Shown here one piece after another: positions 9,096-18,866 of a stretch of DNA of 64,000 bases. The notes beneath the pieces were generated by a model. The model ran no database searches. It saw only the letters and a program-made list of their open reading frames with translations, and was not told the origin of the DNA. The first letter of the stretch is position 1; each line of letters opens with the position of its first letter. The DNA comes from Escherichia phage vB_EcoM_Lh1B, in sequence record OK428535.1. The stretch is one strand, 5' to 3'. Both the position numbers and the translations under genes were made by a program.

Positions 9096-9793
9096 TGGCT
9101 AAGCAAAAGAAACCCCGTAACAAAAAGTATAACCCAAAAGCTGCTACAGAGCGTACAGCGCACACCATCGCTGAAAACGCACTGAACCGCATCACCTTTA
9201 TTGGCAGCTCCATTCGCCGCCTCGGCCCGTACGCGGGCCGCGGTTTTCACTTTACAGCAAGTCCACGTATTCGTGCTATCGCCNCAGACATGTTAGTCGG
9301 CGGATTGTTCGACCAACCGCGCCCATGGCACCTGTGGGTGATGCACCTCACCGAACTCGACAGCGGTGAGGTTGTGACTGAATCTGCCGTCGCCACGCTT
9401 GACGATTATACACTGGCTGATTTCTGCGAACATGCCGAAGAGCTGGTTAAATCGCTACGTCCTGAACAGGAAGAAGGGAAATATTTCGGTTATGCGTTTG
9501 TGGCCGCCCCGAACGAGCGGTACGACTTCAAAGCGGAAGAAGACCAACTCATTGAAAACTTCATGCATTCTGGACTACTTGATACGTCGTTACATCTGTC
9601 GGAAGAACAGCAGTTCGTTAGTCGTGCAGATATGGCAAAGTTACTTGTTGGTTATACTCGGAAGTTTGACGTGACCGTTGAACATGTCAAAGAAGTACCA
9701 GAGATTNTNANCNAGAAAGACGAGGTGGTGCTTCCGGTTGACGAGGTTGTCAGTAAAGTAGCGACTGCGATAGGGGCAACGGGGGATTACTGA
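9095..9793 (+). CDS. Hypothetical protein
   Basis: 232-aa ORF; start overlaps the previous stop (TAATG). Confidence 0.6.
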   Translation: MAKQKKPRNKKYNPKAATERTAHTIAENALNRITFIGSSIRRLGPYAGRGFHFTASPRIRAIAXDMLVGGLFDQPRPWHLWVMHLTELDSGEVVTESAVATLDDYTLADFCEHAEELVKSLRPEQEEGKYFGYAFVAAPNERYDFKAEEDQLIENFMHSGLLDTSLHLSEEQQFVSRADMAKLLVGYTRKFDVTVEHVKEVPEIXXXKDEVVLPVDEVVSKVATAIGATGDY

Positions 9794-10002
9794 TGAATCT
9801 ACGTTGGCCGATCGTGGCTGCTGTGTTGTTTTGTATTTATATCGCCATCAGCACCAGTACCCGCACTGCAGAACGTCGCGAGACCGCAACCAGTACGTTC
9901 AGAATGTGCATTGACCGCGTAGACCCGAACAGTACCACTTATCCTGACGCGGTGAATGCGTGCCGTAAAGCAGTTGCTGAGATATTGAAAGAGGAAAATT
10001 AA
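9793..10002 (+). CDS. Small membrane protein
   Basis: 69 aa with one hydrophobic helix (WPIVAAVLFCIYIAISTS); start overlaps the upstream stop. Confidence 0.5.
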   Translation: MNLRWPIVAAVLFCIYIAISTSTRTAERRETATSTFRMCIDRVDPNSTTYPDAVNACRKAVAEILKEEN

Positions 10003-10229
10003 TGGAAAACCTCACGCCGGTTGAGATAGTGGCGCTATTCGATCGTTACGTATATGGACAAACGCAGGCAAAGAAAATGNTGGCGATTGCGCTACGTAAT
10101 CGATACCGTGCCAATAAACTTAACGTAGTGGACCGTATGTCGGTCCACAAACAGAACCTTTTAATAGAAGGTCCAACAGGCACGGGTAANNCNNAGTTGA
10201 TGCGTGAAGAAAAACAGAAACAAAAGTGA
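10002..10229 (+). CDS. Truncated HslU-like ATPase N-terminal fragment
   Basis: LTPVEIVALFDRYVYGQTQAKKM-AIALRNRYR...NLLIEGPTGTG closely parallels the HslU N-terminus up to the Walker A GPTGxGKT box, then diverges and stops. Ns fall within the Walker A codons. Confidence 0.6.
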   Translation: MENLTPVEIVALFDRYVYGQTQAKKMXAIALRNRYRANKLNVVDRMSVHKQNLLIEGPTGTGXXXLMREEKQKQK

Positions 10230-10237
10230 GGTAAAGG

Positions 10238-11245
10238 ATGACGAAGCTCGTTTCGTTTTCAGCAGGGTTGGATTCCACCTGGATAATGTATCAGCTGCTA
10301 TGCAAAGCACCGGCCAATGAAGCACGACATGTCCGTCCTGCGTATTTCTCCATGTGGAATGGAGGTAACGCGAACTTCATGGAAATTCTTTGTAGCGTGG
10401 CCATTGTTGAACGGTTGATGGATAGACACCATGCACAAACCGATCATGTTACATGGGCGGTGCTCGGGGAAGAGAACTTCCCGCCTGTCGTTACCGCTGG
10501 ATATGCTAACGGCTGGTCGCCTCTGGTTCAGCAGGGCAATGTTGTTAATGGTCTCGCTAAACTGATGTGTGGTATTACGCGCAAACAGCACCACGCCTAT
10601 GCAGTTGTTGGTTGGAATAAGCTAGATGCGTTGGAGAATAGTCTAGAGCTGGGAGATTGGACATTAGACGAGTACGCTCGCTTAAAGAACCTCTATAGCG
10701 AATTGATGTATTTCCAAGATCATGCCGGTCGCGTTCCACCGCTTCTAACACCTGCGTGGGATAAAGAGAAACTGGAAATGTGGCAGGAGTTGCCGGAAGA
10801 TGTTCGTAGGTTGGTACAGGTCAGTAACTACAACAACTACGAATTCGCGATAGACCGTGGGAATAACGTGCTCATCGTTTATGCCAATCCGTCAGCAAAG
10901 TCGCAGAATTATCGTAGTCTTGGTATTACACCGTCAGTGGGATGGGAGATTAAAATCAACGATGCTTACAGACGGGTATGGTGTTCTGCTCTTGGTAGTG
11001 CTATTTCTGCTATGGGTTTGGGCGTACCGGCTTTTGCTAACTTTAAGGACCCGGAAAGAAACCACACGNCCTTTACGGTAAGNGAAGATACTGACCGGTT
11101 ATGCATCACATCGTTTACCGCGGAAGAGTGGTGCGAGTATGCGCCACATTTTAAAGCGCTTCAGGAGAAAGAAAAAGAGANAGNNAAAAATGCCAAAGCA
11201 AGTAAAGCTGNGGACGCCCCAACTGGCGAAGNGGCGGATAGCTGA
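10238..11245 (+). CDS. PP-loop superfamily ATPase-like protein
   Basis: N-terminal VSFSAGLDST resembles the SGGxDS PP-loop of QueC/PAPS-reductase-type enzymes. The 3' end is uncertain (Ns, low-complexity tail). Confidence 0.45.
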   Translation: MTKLVSFSAGLDSTWIMYQLLCKAPANEARHVRPAYFSMWNGGNANFMEILCSVAIVERLMDRHHAQTDHVTWAVLGEENFPPVVTAGYANGWSPLVQQGNVVNGLAKLMCGITRKQHHAYAVVGWNKLDALENSLELGDWTLDEYARLKNLYSELMYFQDHAGRVPPLLTPAWDKEKLEMWQELPEDVRRLVQVSNYNNYEFAIDRGNNVLIVYANPSAKSQNYRSLGITPSVGWEIKINDAYRRVWCSALGSAISAMGLGVPAFANFKDPERNHTXFTVXEDTDRLCITSFTAEEWCEYAPHFKALQEKEKEXXKNAKASKAXDAPTGEXADS

Positions 11246-11573
11246 AAAACGGAATTTGCCAAAGCTGGATATAACGGTTAAGTCGGGGCTGAAATATTTG
11301 GCACCCGACTGGGACTTTCTGATGGACTACAAGAAGTCTGACAAAGGCCCCGACGCAGAAGCTGCGTATACCAAACGCTACCTGCAGAAACTTAGTCGGT
11401 TGTTTGATGAAGACACCGATAAGTTGATAGAGATTCTCCGCCAGGGCGAGGTCGTACTAATGTGTTATTGCCCACCGGGGAAATTCTGTCATCGCCACTT
11501 GCTAGTTTCCTACCTTATTGAAATCGGTGAGTGGTTCGGTTATGAAGTAATTTACATGGGCGAGTTATCGTAA
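11190..11573 (+). CDS. Hypothetical protein
   Basis: Track ORF 11139-11573; ATG at 11190 (MPKQVKL) is the likelier start, but Ns at 11171-11232 leave frame and start uncertain. Confidence 0.4.
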   Translation: MPKQVKLXTPQLAKXRIAEKRNLPKLDITVKSGLKYLAPDWDFLMDYKKSDKGPDAEAAYTKRYLQKLSRLFDEDTDKLIEILRQGEVVLMCYCPPGKFCHRHLLVSYLIEIGEWFGYEVIYMGELS

Positions 11574-11584
11574 GGAGAGTCCTC

Positions 11585-11980
11585 ATGAAATTGATTATGC
11601 CTAAAACCGTTCCTAATCAGGATATGGTTACGACTACACTGTTTTCTGAATCATTACGCAACTCTGTACGTCAGACCGCTTCACGTCTAGACGTGGCAGT
11701 TGAAGAACTCGACCCNGAAGTCTTCATGAAGTATGCGTTTATTGCAGAAGGTTACGCGATCGCCCTGAGTTATGCGCGGTATGTCGATGACGTGACAGAA
11801 GCTAAACGTTATTTAGAAGGCTGTTGTCAAGTTTTCCGTGAAGAAATCACCGAGATGGAGATGGTTGACCGCGGCTTACCTGAATTTGTAAAGGTGGGTT
11901 ACGATAAGCTGTTGCAATCCATCGCGGATGAAATCGGACGTCGCGGGTTAACTGTAGTGCACAGCGCTACACTGCACTAA
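11585..11980 (+). CDS. Hypothetical protein
   Basis: 131-aa ORF with AAGGAGAG upstream. Confidence 0.6.
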   Translation: MKLIMPKTVPNQDMVTTTLFSESLRNSVRQTASRLDVAVEELDXEVFMKYAFIAEGYAIALSYARYVDDVTEAKRYLEGCCQVFREEITEMEMVDRGLPEFVKVGYDKLLQSIADEIGRRGLTVVHSATLH

Positions 11981-11994
11981 CACCGTACGAGTAG

Positions 11995-12032
11995 GCTACC
12001 ACACGATCATATGTGTGGTAGCTTATTTTTTT
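11995..12032 (+). terminator. Rho-independent terminator
   Basis: gctaccacac...gtgtggtagc hairpin followed by a T7 run. Confidence 0.75.
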
Positions 12033-12048
12033 GTTTCTGGAGGCGTTA

Positions 12049-12588
12049 ATGGCAGACCGCTATCAGCCCGACCTAACACTCTCGTCGAAAGCGCTTGTCG
12101 TGGCGCTTATCAATCATGACAATAATCTGTCACTTACTGATAAAGAGATTGTGATTAGGGATATTGATGCGAACGCTTCACCAGACATCATCCCGAAGAA
12201 CACACAGGCAAGCGTGGCCAAAGCACGTAAGCCAAATGGGAAAACCGTGACAGTCTATTATGACCGGTTAAGTGCGTCTACCGTGCTAGACAGTTTTCAG
12301 CCGCTATTGGTGTCCTTAGACGGAACCGAAACGGACATTCAGCAAATTGCCAGTGTGATTAACGGTTACTGCGGTACAAACTTGTCAGCAGCAGACTTAC
12401 AGTCTGCGCCAATCGTGGTCAGCGACGATTTTACCCTGGTGAATATCACTGGCGATTCCCCAGCATGGCTTGGGACATTTATCGCAACCCTGTTTACCAA
12501 AAATGAGTACGTTCTTTCAACTGACACTGACACGGTGCTGTGTCTGGATGAGAACACTGTGCTCGTACTGACTGACGAGGAAGAGTAA
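12049..12588 (+). CDS. Hypothetical protein
   Basis: ATG at 12049 lies 5 nt after GGAGG; the track start is a TTG at 12031. Confidence 0.6.
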   Translation: MADRYQPDLTLSSKALVVALINHDNNLSLTDKEIVIRDIDANASPDIIPKNTQASVAKARKPNGKTVTVYYDRLSASTVLDSFQPLLVSLDGTETDIQQIASVINGYCGTNLSAADLQSAPIVVSDDFTLVNITGDSPAWLGTFIATLFTKNEYVLSTDTDTVLCLDENTVLVLTDEEE

Positions 12589-13073
12589 TGGCCAGCCCAG
12601 TTAAAAAGCAAACATTTGAGAGCTTACCATTTTATACCGATATCACCAACGTGAAAGATGGGATGTTCTTGTTTATCAAAGATGGGAAAGCGTATCAGTA
12701 CCCGCTCGAGATGTTGGGTGTCCAGAAGGTTGCTCAGGGTGTCGTTATTCGTGATGCGGCGTATGAGTTGGAAGCGGCAGCAGCCACTGATTGGTACCTA
12801 GGACTGTCGCAACCGGAAACCGATCTCACTATTAAACCTGATGGAGTATTGGGGGCATTTCGGTACACGCTCAACCTGACTATTCTTCAGGGAACGGGAG
12901 CCAACAAAATTAACTGGCCTTCCAACGTGAAGTTCCCCCATGATGCATACCCGGTGCTGTCGTACCAGAAAGGGAAATCGGACATGATTACCCTGACTAC
13001 AATCGACGGCGGTTACACCTGGAAAGGTGGCGTTAGTGGAACAGGATATACAGAATGGGTAGAAACTCCTTAA
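12588..13073 (+). CDS. Hypothetical protein
   Basis: 161-aa ORF; start overlaps the upstream stop. Confidence 0.6.
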   Translation: MASPVKKQTFESLPFYTDITNVKDGMFLFIKDGKAYQYPLEMLGVQKVAQGVVIRDAAYELEAAAATDWYLGLSQPETDLTIKPDGVLGAFRYTLNLTILQGTGANKINWPSNVKFPHDAYPVLSYQKGKSDMITLTTIDGGYTWKGGVSGTGYTEWVETP

Positions 13074-16072
13074 TCGCAGTACGGACAGGGATTAACTACG
13101 CACTGTCGCTGGCTTACGGACATCAGGACTTTGTTCGTCGAAACACCGGCTTAACTAACGACGCCCACAATGACCATTATCTGATTAACCCAGAAGGGGT
13201 GCTATCTAATAACCGGCATTTCATTGCTGACTCCATGGCAGTGTATCAACCTAATGGTGACGCCACCACAGAAGGTCAATCGTTGCTGATTATTGGCTAC
13301 TGTCACATGTACATTGCTACCAAAAACCAGATGTGGTTAGATGCGGCGATTCATGCATGGGAAGCGTACGCTACCTACTATTACGCAGGTCAGGCCATTC
13401 CCGATTCACCACAACGTTGGATTTGTAACTGGCTAGTTAACGGTAAAGAGCCAGTGCTGGCAGACTATCCGGTGCATCCGACCGAGCCAACCCACGGTGG
13501 TTATAAGTGTGTACCGGTAACGTTTACGAACGGGCGTTGCCAGATACCCCAAGGCGCACCATTCTTTGGTGAATATCTGAACAATTTCTTTTCTGCGCAT
13601 CGTGGCCATCCTACTTGGGGTGCGGTTAATGCCGACGTACAGAAAATTAAGGAATCGGAAGACGGGTTAATTGACTGGTCTAAAGTCCCTGATTACTTAA
13701 TCGTCAATCCAGAGAAACCTTACGATGTAAAAGCGTGGGTGGACTGGAACACGATGCTAAACGACCCAACCGGATATACACCAATATGGGGCGGTTCTAC
13801 CTCGAAAGGTCCGCGGTACGAACCTGACTGGTTTGTTGTGTGGACGGGTGAGAAGGTTCAAGACGGCGATGTCATCGAATCCGGTTTACCTGATGCCCAG
13901 AAAGGAACCGTACAATTAAAGGACACTAGTATTAACGGTGTGTATTTGATTAACTACGCTTCCCAGGTACCTGTAGAGCACGGCGGATATTTGTTTGACC
14001 GCAATGAGCCGTGGCACAACCGTCCGGTTCATACCCCGTTAAAAGGGTCTGTTAACCAGATGGGTAACGCGGCAGATGCGGAAGTGTGGTTTATTGATGC
14101 CTGTTATCTGCTCTGGCGTATCACAGGTGAACCGCGCTATAAAGCCGCATTAGACTCCGTGTTCTATACAGCGCACGAGTACACGTATATCGATGCGAAG
14201 GACAAGTTTTTCCGTCGTTCTAAGCTAGCCGAAACACCATTTACAGATGGTATCTCGTACGACTATAAATACCCCAGCACCGTTGAGGTCGCTTACAGTC
14301 GTGATGAAAATGGTGATATTGTGTTCCGTTCTGAGGAAGCTGTGCAGAACTTTATGGAACAGCAAGCCGTGCGTTTCAGGATAAACAGTCAATCGAAGTT
14401 ACGTGTGACATATGGCGGTGTTTGTGACAACGGTGATGCACTTGCGTGTAAAGTGATGGTGGATATTAACCCCGTCAAAGCGGATACTGAAGAAGTAAAC
14501 TGGTACGGCTGTACGCTCCCGGGATCAACATCGATGGAAGTAGAACAGCATGACATCGATTTAGGGCATCTGGCCAGAATGACCAATCCGGCCAACGGCG
14601 AAGATTACATCATTGCCGATGCGCGAGCATGTTCGGACTACGGTGGGTGTACGTGGCAGGAGAAGTTTGAGAACAACATTTACGATGGTCGTTCAGGGAC
14701 AATCGTAGAAGCGTTATTCCCGAACGACGATGCGGGTTTCATTATCGGTTTCTGGTTAACCGATGCCGGTGTTGCACCCCCACAGTCAATTGTCTATCGT
14801 GCCGATGCTGATTTCAACTTCCGTTTCGAAGATACCGACAAGTGGCGTTGGTGGTGGATGTTGCCCGCGACTAACGGGGAATGGAAACAGGTTATTATTC
14901 GCCCTGAAGACGCAACACTCTCGGGCTATCAACCTGACCACGATACCGACGTCGAACCAAAACCGGCTGCGCCAAACTATACAACTATCGATCAGGTAAC
15001 CATACTGCCCGATTCGGCTGTGGAGAATGCGCACTTTAGCTGGTATTGCGTAAACGATGTTCCGCCCCTGTTTAATGCAGACGACGGTTGGACGTTAACG
15101 TTCCGTATTGTAATTCGGGGAGGTTCTGCATTTACGGGTAAGGTGGGCGATTGTACGATAAAAGATTACCGTCTTGACTCGCTCGCGTATTGTCCAGGTA
15201 CGATACCGTTCTCGAACATTTATTCGGAAGGAACGTATCAGCTAGGTGCATGGCACGGGATGCCGTATCCCGGCTATCAGTATCCGTTTATGTACACCAT
15301 ACACACCGATGATCGCTACAAAGACTGGCTCTTAAATCAGATTCGGTTTATGCACGATTCACAAACCAACTACCAAACGCAGATAGGTGAGTTAGGTCCA
15401 GGTTGTGCGGCGTATATTTGGAACCGTTGGGATAACTACTCTTACGGCCCGGCAGATACGTGGACAACGTTCCATTGGGGCGATGGACATCCGTGGGCAG
15501 GTTATCAGCCGCGCGCGTATAACGCCGCTGCGCGTTGTTGGTACGAATTAGTTGTGCGTGGTAAAGAGGTTCCACCTGAGCTAGTAGTGTACGTTGAAAA
15601 TTGGGCTAAGTGGCTCGTAGGGTTCTTAGACCGCTTTGACAACCACACCCCGAATGAATTCCCTACGGCACCAAATAAACCGGTATGGGTAGAGAATGAT
15701 TTCACAGCACATATGTGTGCGCTCTGGATAGCAGGCAGTGCTTATGCGGCAATGGCCGGCTGTACAGTGGAAGGGTTGAGCCGTATTATGGATATGGGGA
15801 TGAAGGAGATGGGTGACAACTTCACCGTCACCGACATTCCAGGAAAAGCCATTAACGGTGCCTGGTCTCCATGGGCAAATCCCACCACGGATAACGGTCA
15901 GGCTTTTGGGTTTTATACTGGAGAAGCGATGCGTGCAATCGGGTTGTATCTCCTCTATAAAGAACACGGCGCAGGACATGATATTTATCGTGACTTGGCA
16001 ATCCCCGACCACACAACAGCCTCGCTCGATATAACGTTTACTATCCCAGACGATCCGCTCGAAACTAATTAA
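13055..16072 (+). CDS. Large hypothetical protein (1005 aa)
   Basis: Long uninterrupted ORF, Trp/Tyr-rich; no motif I can assign. Confidence 0.7.
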   Translation: MGRNSLIAVRTGINYALSLAYGHQDFVRRNTGLTNDAHNDHYLINPEGVLSNNRHFIADSMAVYQPNGDATTEGQSLLIIGYCHMYIATKNQMWLDAAIHAWEAYATYYYAGQAIPDSPQRWICNWLVNGKEPVLADYPVHPTEPTHGGYKCVPVTFTNGRCQIPQGAPFFGEYLNNFFSAHRGHPTWGAVNADVQKIKESEDGLIDWSKVPDYLIVNPEKPYDVKAWVDWNTMLNDPTGYTPIWGGSTSKGPRYEPDWFVVWTGEKVQDGDVIESGLPDAQKGTVQLKDTSINGVYLINYASQVPVEHGGYLFDRNEPWHNRPVHTPLKGSVNQMGNAADAEVWFIDACYLLWRITGEPRYKAALDSVFYTAHEYTYIDAKDKFFRRSKLAETPFTDGISYDYKYPSTVEVAYSRDENGDIVFRSEEAVQNFMEQQAVRFRINSQSKLRVTYGGVCDNGDALACKVMVDINPVKADTEEVNWYGCTLPGSTSMEVEQHDIDLGHLARMTNPANGEDYIIADARACSDYGGCTWQEKFENNIYDGRSGTIVEALFPNDDAGFIIGFWLTDAGVAPPQSIVYRADADFNFRFEDTDKWRWWWMLPATNGEWKQVIIRPEDATLSGYQPDHDTDVEPKPAAPNYTTIDQVTILPDSAVENAHFSWYCVNDVPPLFNADDGWTLTFRIVIRGGSAFTGKVGDCTIKDYRLDSLAYCPGTIPFSNIYSEGTYQLGAWHGMPYPGYQYPFMYTIHTDDRYKDWLLNQIRFMHDSQTNYQTQIGELGPGCAAYIWNRWDNYSYGPADTWTTFHWGDGHPWAGYQPRAYNAAARCWYELVVRGKEVPPELVVYVENWAKWLVGFLDRFDNHTPNEFPTAPNKPVWVENDFTAHMCALWIAGSAYAAMAGCTVEGLSRIMDMGMKEMGDNFTVTDIPGKAINGAWSPWANPTTDNGQAFGFYTGEAMRAIGLYLLYKEHGAGHDIYRDLAIPDHTTASLDITFTIPDDPLETN

Positions 16073-16077
16073 GTGTA

Positions 16078-16121
16078 TACCAGCTATCCTTCGGGGTGGC
16101 TGGTACGCTTTATTTTATTTC
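16078..16121 (+). terminator. Rho-independent terminator
   Basis: accagc...gctggt hairpin followed by a T-rich run. Confidence 0.6.
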
Positions 16122-16150
16122 AGATAGATGTTATCTCAGTGAACCTCTGA
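16118..16150 (+). promoter_or_regulatory. Promoter-like motif TTTCAGATAGATGTTATCTCAGTGAACCT (variant 2)
   Basis: Near-identical to the element at 7718-7752; precedes the start at 16200. Confidence 0.45.
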
Positions 16151-16199
16151 AATTTACGTTTCAATCAGAGCTTATGTCATGTATTAAGGAGCACTTAAA

Positions 16200-16532
16200 A
16201 TGTCTAAAGTCTATCACATTGCGGTATTGCGTCAGGCAACTGACCTTGAAGGCGACGGTGAACTTCGAATGCAGGAAGCCATTCTGAGCACTGTTAAAGA
16301 ACTTAACCAAGCAAACAATTTCGATGCACGATTCGAAGCGCTGCCTGTAAGCCGTGGTGCTTTCTACGGCAGTCAAATACTGGCAACCCAGTATGCGATG
16401 GCTTTAAGTGAATTGCGCAATAACCCTAGCCCAGAGACCGCAGCGAAGATGAACAAGCTGTCGCTATGGATGAATAACCTGGATGTCCCCGCAGCATCCA
16501 CTGTAAGTGGTTTGGGGGTGGTCAATGAGTAG
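16200..16532 (+). CDS. Hypothetical protein
   Basis: 110-aa ORF with AAGGAG upstream. Confidence 0.6.
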   Translation: MSKVYHIAVLRQATDLEGDGELRMQEAILSTVKELNQANNFDARFEALPVSRGAFYGSQILATQYAMALSELRNNPSPETAAKMNKLSLWMNNLDVPAASTVSGLGVVNE

Positions 16533-16860
16533 AGTAATCGGTGTTGCCAGACCAATGCGTCTCAATAGGACACCGATGATAAATCGTGATATCGGTGAAG
16601 CTGTAAAACAGTTGTCGAATATCGACGGTTACACCTTTAAAGTGATAACACTGTACGACTACCCAGAAGGTAAAGTTCCGCAAGAGGCGCTGGATAAATT
16701 CGTTAATGTATTAGACGATTGCCTTAAGAGTCCAACGGACGTAAATCTTATCAAACTAAACACCATGTCCCTTGAACTGTACCGGCTGCGTAAAATGGGC
16801 ATTCATGCTCGCATCGGTAAAGGTGACCAAACGTTAGCCGAATACTGGGCTAAACAGTAA
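16525..16860 (+). CDS. Hypothetical protein
   Basis: ATG at 16525 follows GGGGGTGG and overlaps the upstream stop. Confidence 0.55.
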   Translation: MSRVIGVARPMRLNRTPMINRDIGEAVKQLSNIDGYTFKVITLYDYPEGKVPQEALDKFVNVLDDCLKSPTDVNLIKLNTMSLELYRLRKMGIHARIGKGDQTLAEYWAKQ

Positions 16861-16887
16861 GCTATTTTAAATCCTAAGGAGCATTAA

Positions 16888-17406
16888 ATGAATATTATCA
16901 TGAACCTGTATACCAAACGGGAACGTAACGTTTTAGAATCGGGCGTTGCCCCGGAAGTATTGGCTGCGGGGGATATTAGTATCGACCCATTGAAAGTGAA
17001 AGTCGCAGAACTGTTCCCTCGTGATGAATGGGACATCTGGTATTTCCGTTGTTCGTCGGTATTAAATGCAATCAAACAACTGTCTGATTATCAGCCTGGT
17101 CCGTATATCGGTACTTGGCACTGGTACGTTCCACGCACACCAAACTTCCTTTACCTGCACGACGATGATAAACGTACTCATATTCGCACTGTAGCGACGC
17201 CTGCGCGTTTGGAGCGTTATCTGGAGCTAATCCACGACCGGCCTCGTAACGAGCTGCAGAGCATCGTAGAGGTGCTCAGACAGGTACCTTTAGACGGTAT
17301 ACTGGAACTGGACATGAAAATCGCCGATCGTCCGAGACATTACTGGGAATTTTCCTGGGTAGACGCGAAGTACGAAAACCATAACGTTATCTATCTGAAG
17401 CGTTAA
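16888..17406 (+). CDS. Hypothetical protein
   Basis: 172-aa ORF with AAGGAG upstream. Confidence 0.6.
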   Translation: MNIIMNLYTKRERNVLESGVAPEVLAAGDISIDPLKVKVAELFPRDEWDIWYFRCSSVLNAIKQLSDYQPGPYIGTWHWYVPRTPNFLYLHDDDKRTHIRTVATPARLERYLELIHDRPRNELQSIVEVLRQVPLDGILELDMKIADRPRHYWEFSWVDAKYENHNVIYLKR

Positions 17407-17416
17407 GGGGGACAGG

Positions 17417-17737
17417 ATGTTGAACTGGTTACTGGCGCTGATTAACAAGCGACAAAAACAACTGTACGAAGAAAACCGAGAATTAGCTGCCGCTAACCGT
17501 NGTGTNNAGGNCCATAACTTGCAGTTAAGACACGACCTCGCGAAACTGGACGTTAATGCGAGTAGGCTCTGCACGCACATAAGTCGCTGTCACGACATTA
17601 TCGAACGTATTGGGCACTACCATCTTACGTCCCCTGCCCGGCGTGCCTATGACGCGGCCGTTCAGGGATTAAAAGATACCAGGAGTGCGTACGACGAGAT
17701 GTTAGAAGAATTTAGTAAACGTGAGGATAAAGACTAA
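17417..17737 (+). CDS. Hypothetical protein
   Basis: 106-aa ORF with Ns inside. Confidence 0.5.
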   Translation: MLNWLLALINKRQKQLYEENRELAAANRXXXXHNLQLRHDLAKLDVNASRLCTHISRCHDIIERIGHYHLTSPARRAYDAAVQGLKDTRSAYDEMLEEFSKREDKD

Positions 17738-18120
17738 TGGAAACACCACCGAACACCGATTTAGCACTGGCTATCGAGCACATGAAAAATCATCAGCTGA
17801 CGTTACTGAACGCAGACATAGATGGACAACGTCAAGGGTACGCGCTCGTTGCAAAAGCAGCGTTAGAACTTAACAAAATCCTGCTCGCTAAACTCTACGG
17901 CCTGGAGAATAGCGTGCTTCACGCAACGCATCTGGGTGAGGCCAGCGAGCTGGTTACAGACGTGCGCCTATATGCATCGCGCGAAATGGAGCGCTTAGTC
18001 AACGAGTGGAATGTTCAGTGTAACAGTGAGCGTGCTGATAACGATCCACGTAAAGTTGCACTGACGCCAGGCGTGTATATCAAGGACGGTAGCATCAACG
18101 AATATACCGGATTTAACTGA
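17737..18120 (+). CDS. Hypothetical protein
   Basis: 127-aa ORF; start overlaps the upstream stop. Confidence 0.55.
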   Translation: METPPNTDLALAIEHMKNHQLTLLNADIDGQRQGYALVAKAALELNKILLAKLYGLENSVLHATHLGEASELVTDVRLYASREMERLVNEWNVQCNSERADNDPRKVALTPGVYIKDGSINEYTGFN

Positions 18121-18143
18121 TCGGTAGATAAGGGTAATTGATA

Positions 18144-18569
18144 ATGTTAACCATAGACGTAGCTATCTCTATCGAGCTTCAACGCATCGGTGTAGGTACA
18201 CTAAAACTTCGTTATCGTGATTTACCGCATTACAACAAGATGTTTGATGTTGGGGTGATAAAGTTTTATAACCGGTACGGGCCAAGAGAACTGTGTCTAT
18301 GGTTTGTTGAGTTAGCGATAACCTACGGCGAGTTTTATCATCCTAACATACCGCATGTCAGACACGTGTCAAGNGGGCACCTGGAAACTTCCAGAGAGTT
18401 CTGTCAGCGATTGTATAGCGCGATGGAGGAGTCCGCACCCATCGACTTTGACGTACCACCTGAACCGTTATTAATCGACCATGAAGGAGAAGCCGATGTC
18501 TATTTCATTACAGGGATTGACCATTCACGAGATTCAGAAATATTTACTCGAGGGCGGGAAACTGACTGA
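18144..18569 (+). CDS. Hypothetical protein
   Basis: ATG at 18144; the track start is a TTG at 18138. Confidence 0.5.
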   Translation: MLTIDVAISIELQRIGVGTLKLRYRDLPHYNKMFDVGVIKFYNRYGPRELCLWFVELAITYGEFYHPNIPHVRHVSXGHLETSREFCQRLYSAMEESAPIDFDVPPEPLLIDHEGEADVYFITGIDHSRDSEIFTRGRETD

Positions 18570-18801
18570 CGACTATCAAACCGCAGATATGTTGCTGCAG
18601 TCATTTGTGCCGCTACGCGCTGAGTATTACGAAATCGCGTTTCTGGGCGATGAGTATTGTGTCCGTACACAAAGTCGCGAGTACGAAGCAGTTCGCGTAC
18701 CACGAACACTCGGCGGGGTGATGATACTTATCGCTAATATCGAAGCACTCAATGCGAAATGTGCGTTATACATCGCACAGGGAGGTCGCAATGGATTTTA
18801 A
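18496..18801 (+). CDS. Hypothetical protein
   Basis: ATG at 18496 follows GGAG; overlaps the previous gene by about 74 nt in another frame. Confidence 0.45.
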   Translation: MSISLQGLTIHEIQKYLLEGGKLTDDYQTADMLLQSFVPLRAEYYEIAFLGDEYCVRTQSREYEAVRVPRTLGGVMILIANIEALNAKCALYIAQGGRNGF

Positions 18802-18866
18802 GTGGGAACCGTTAACGTTAGCAGAAATTCGTAACAGAATCGACAGGGCTATTGNAAGGAGAAAAC

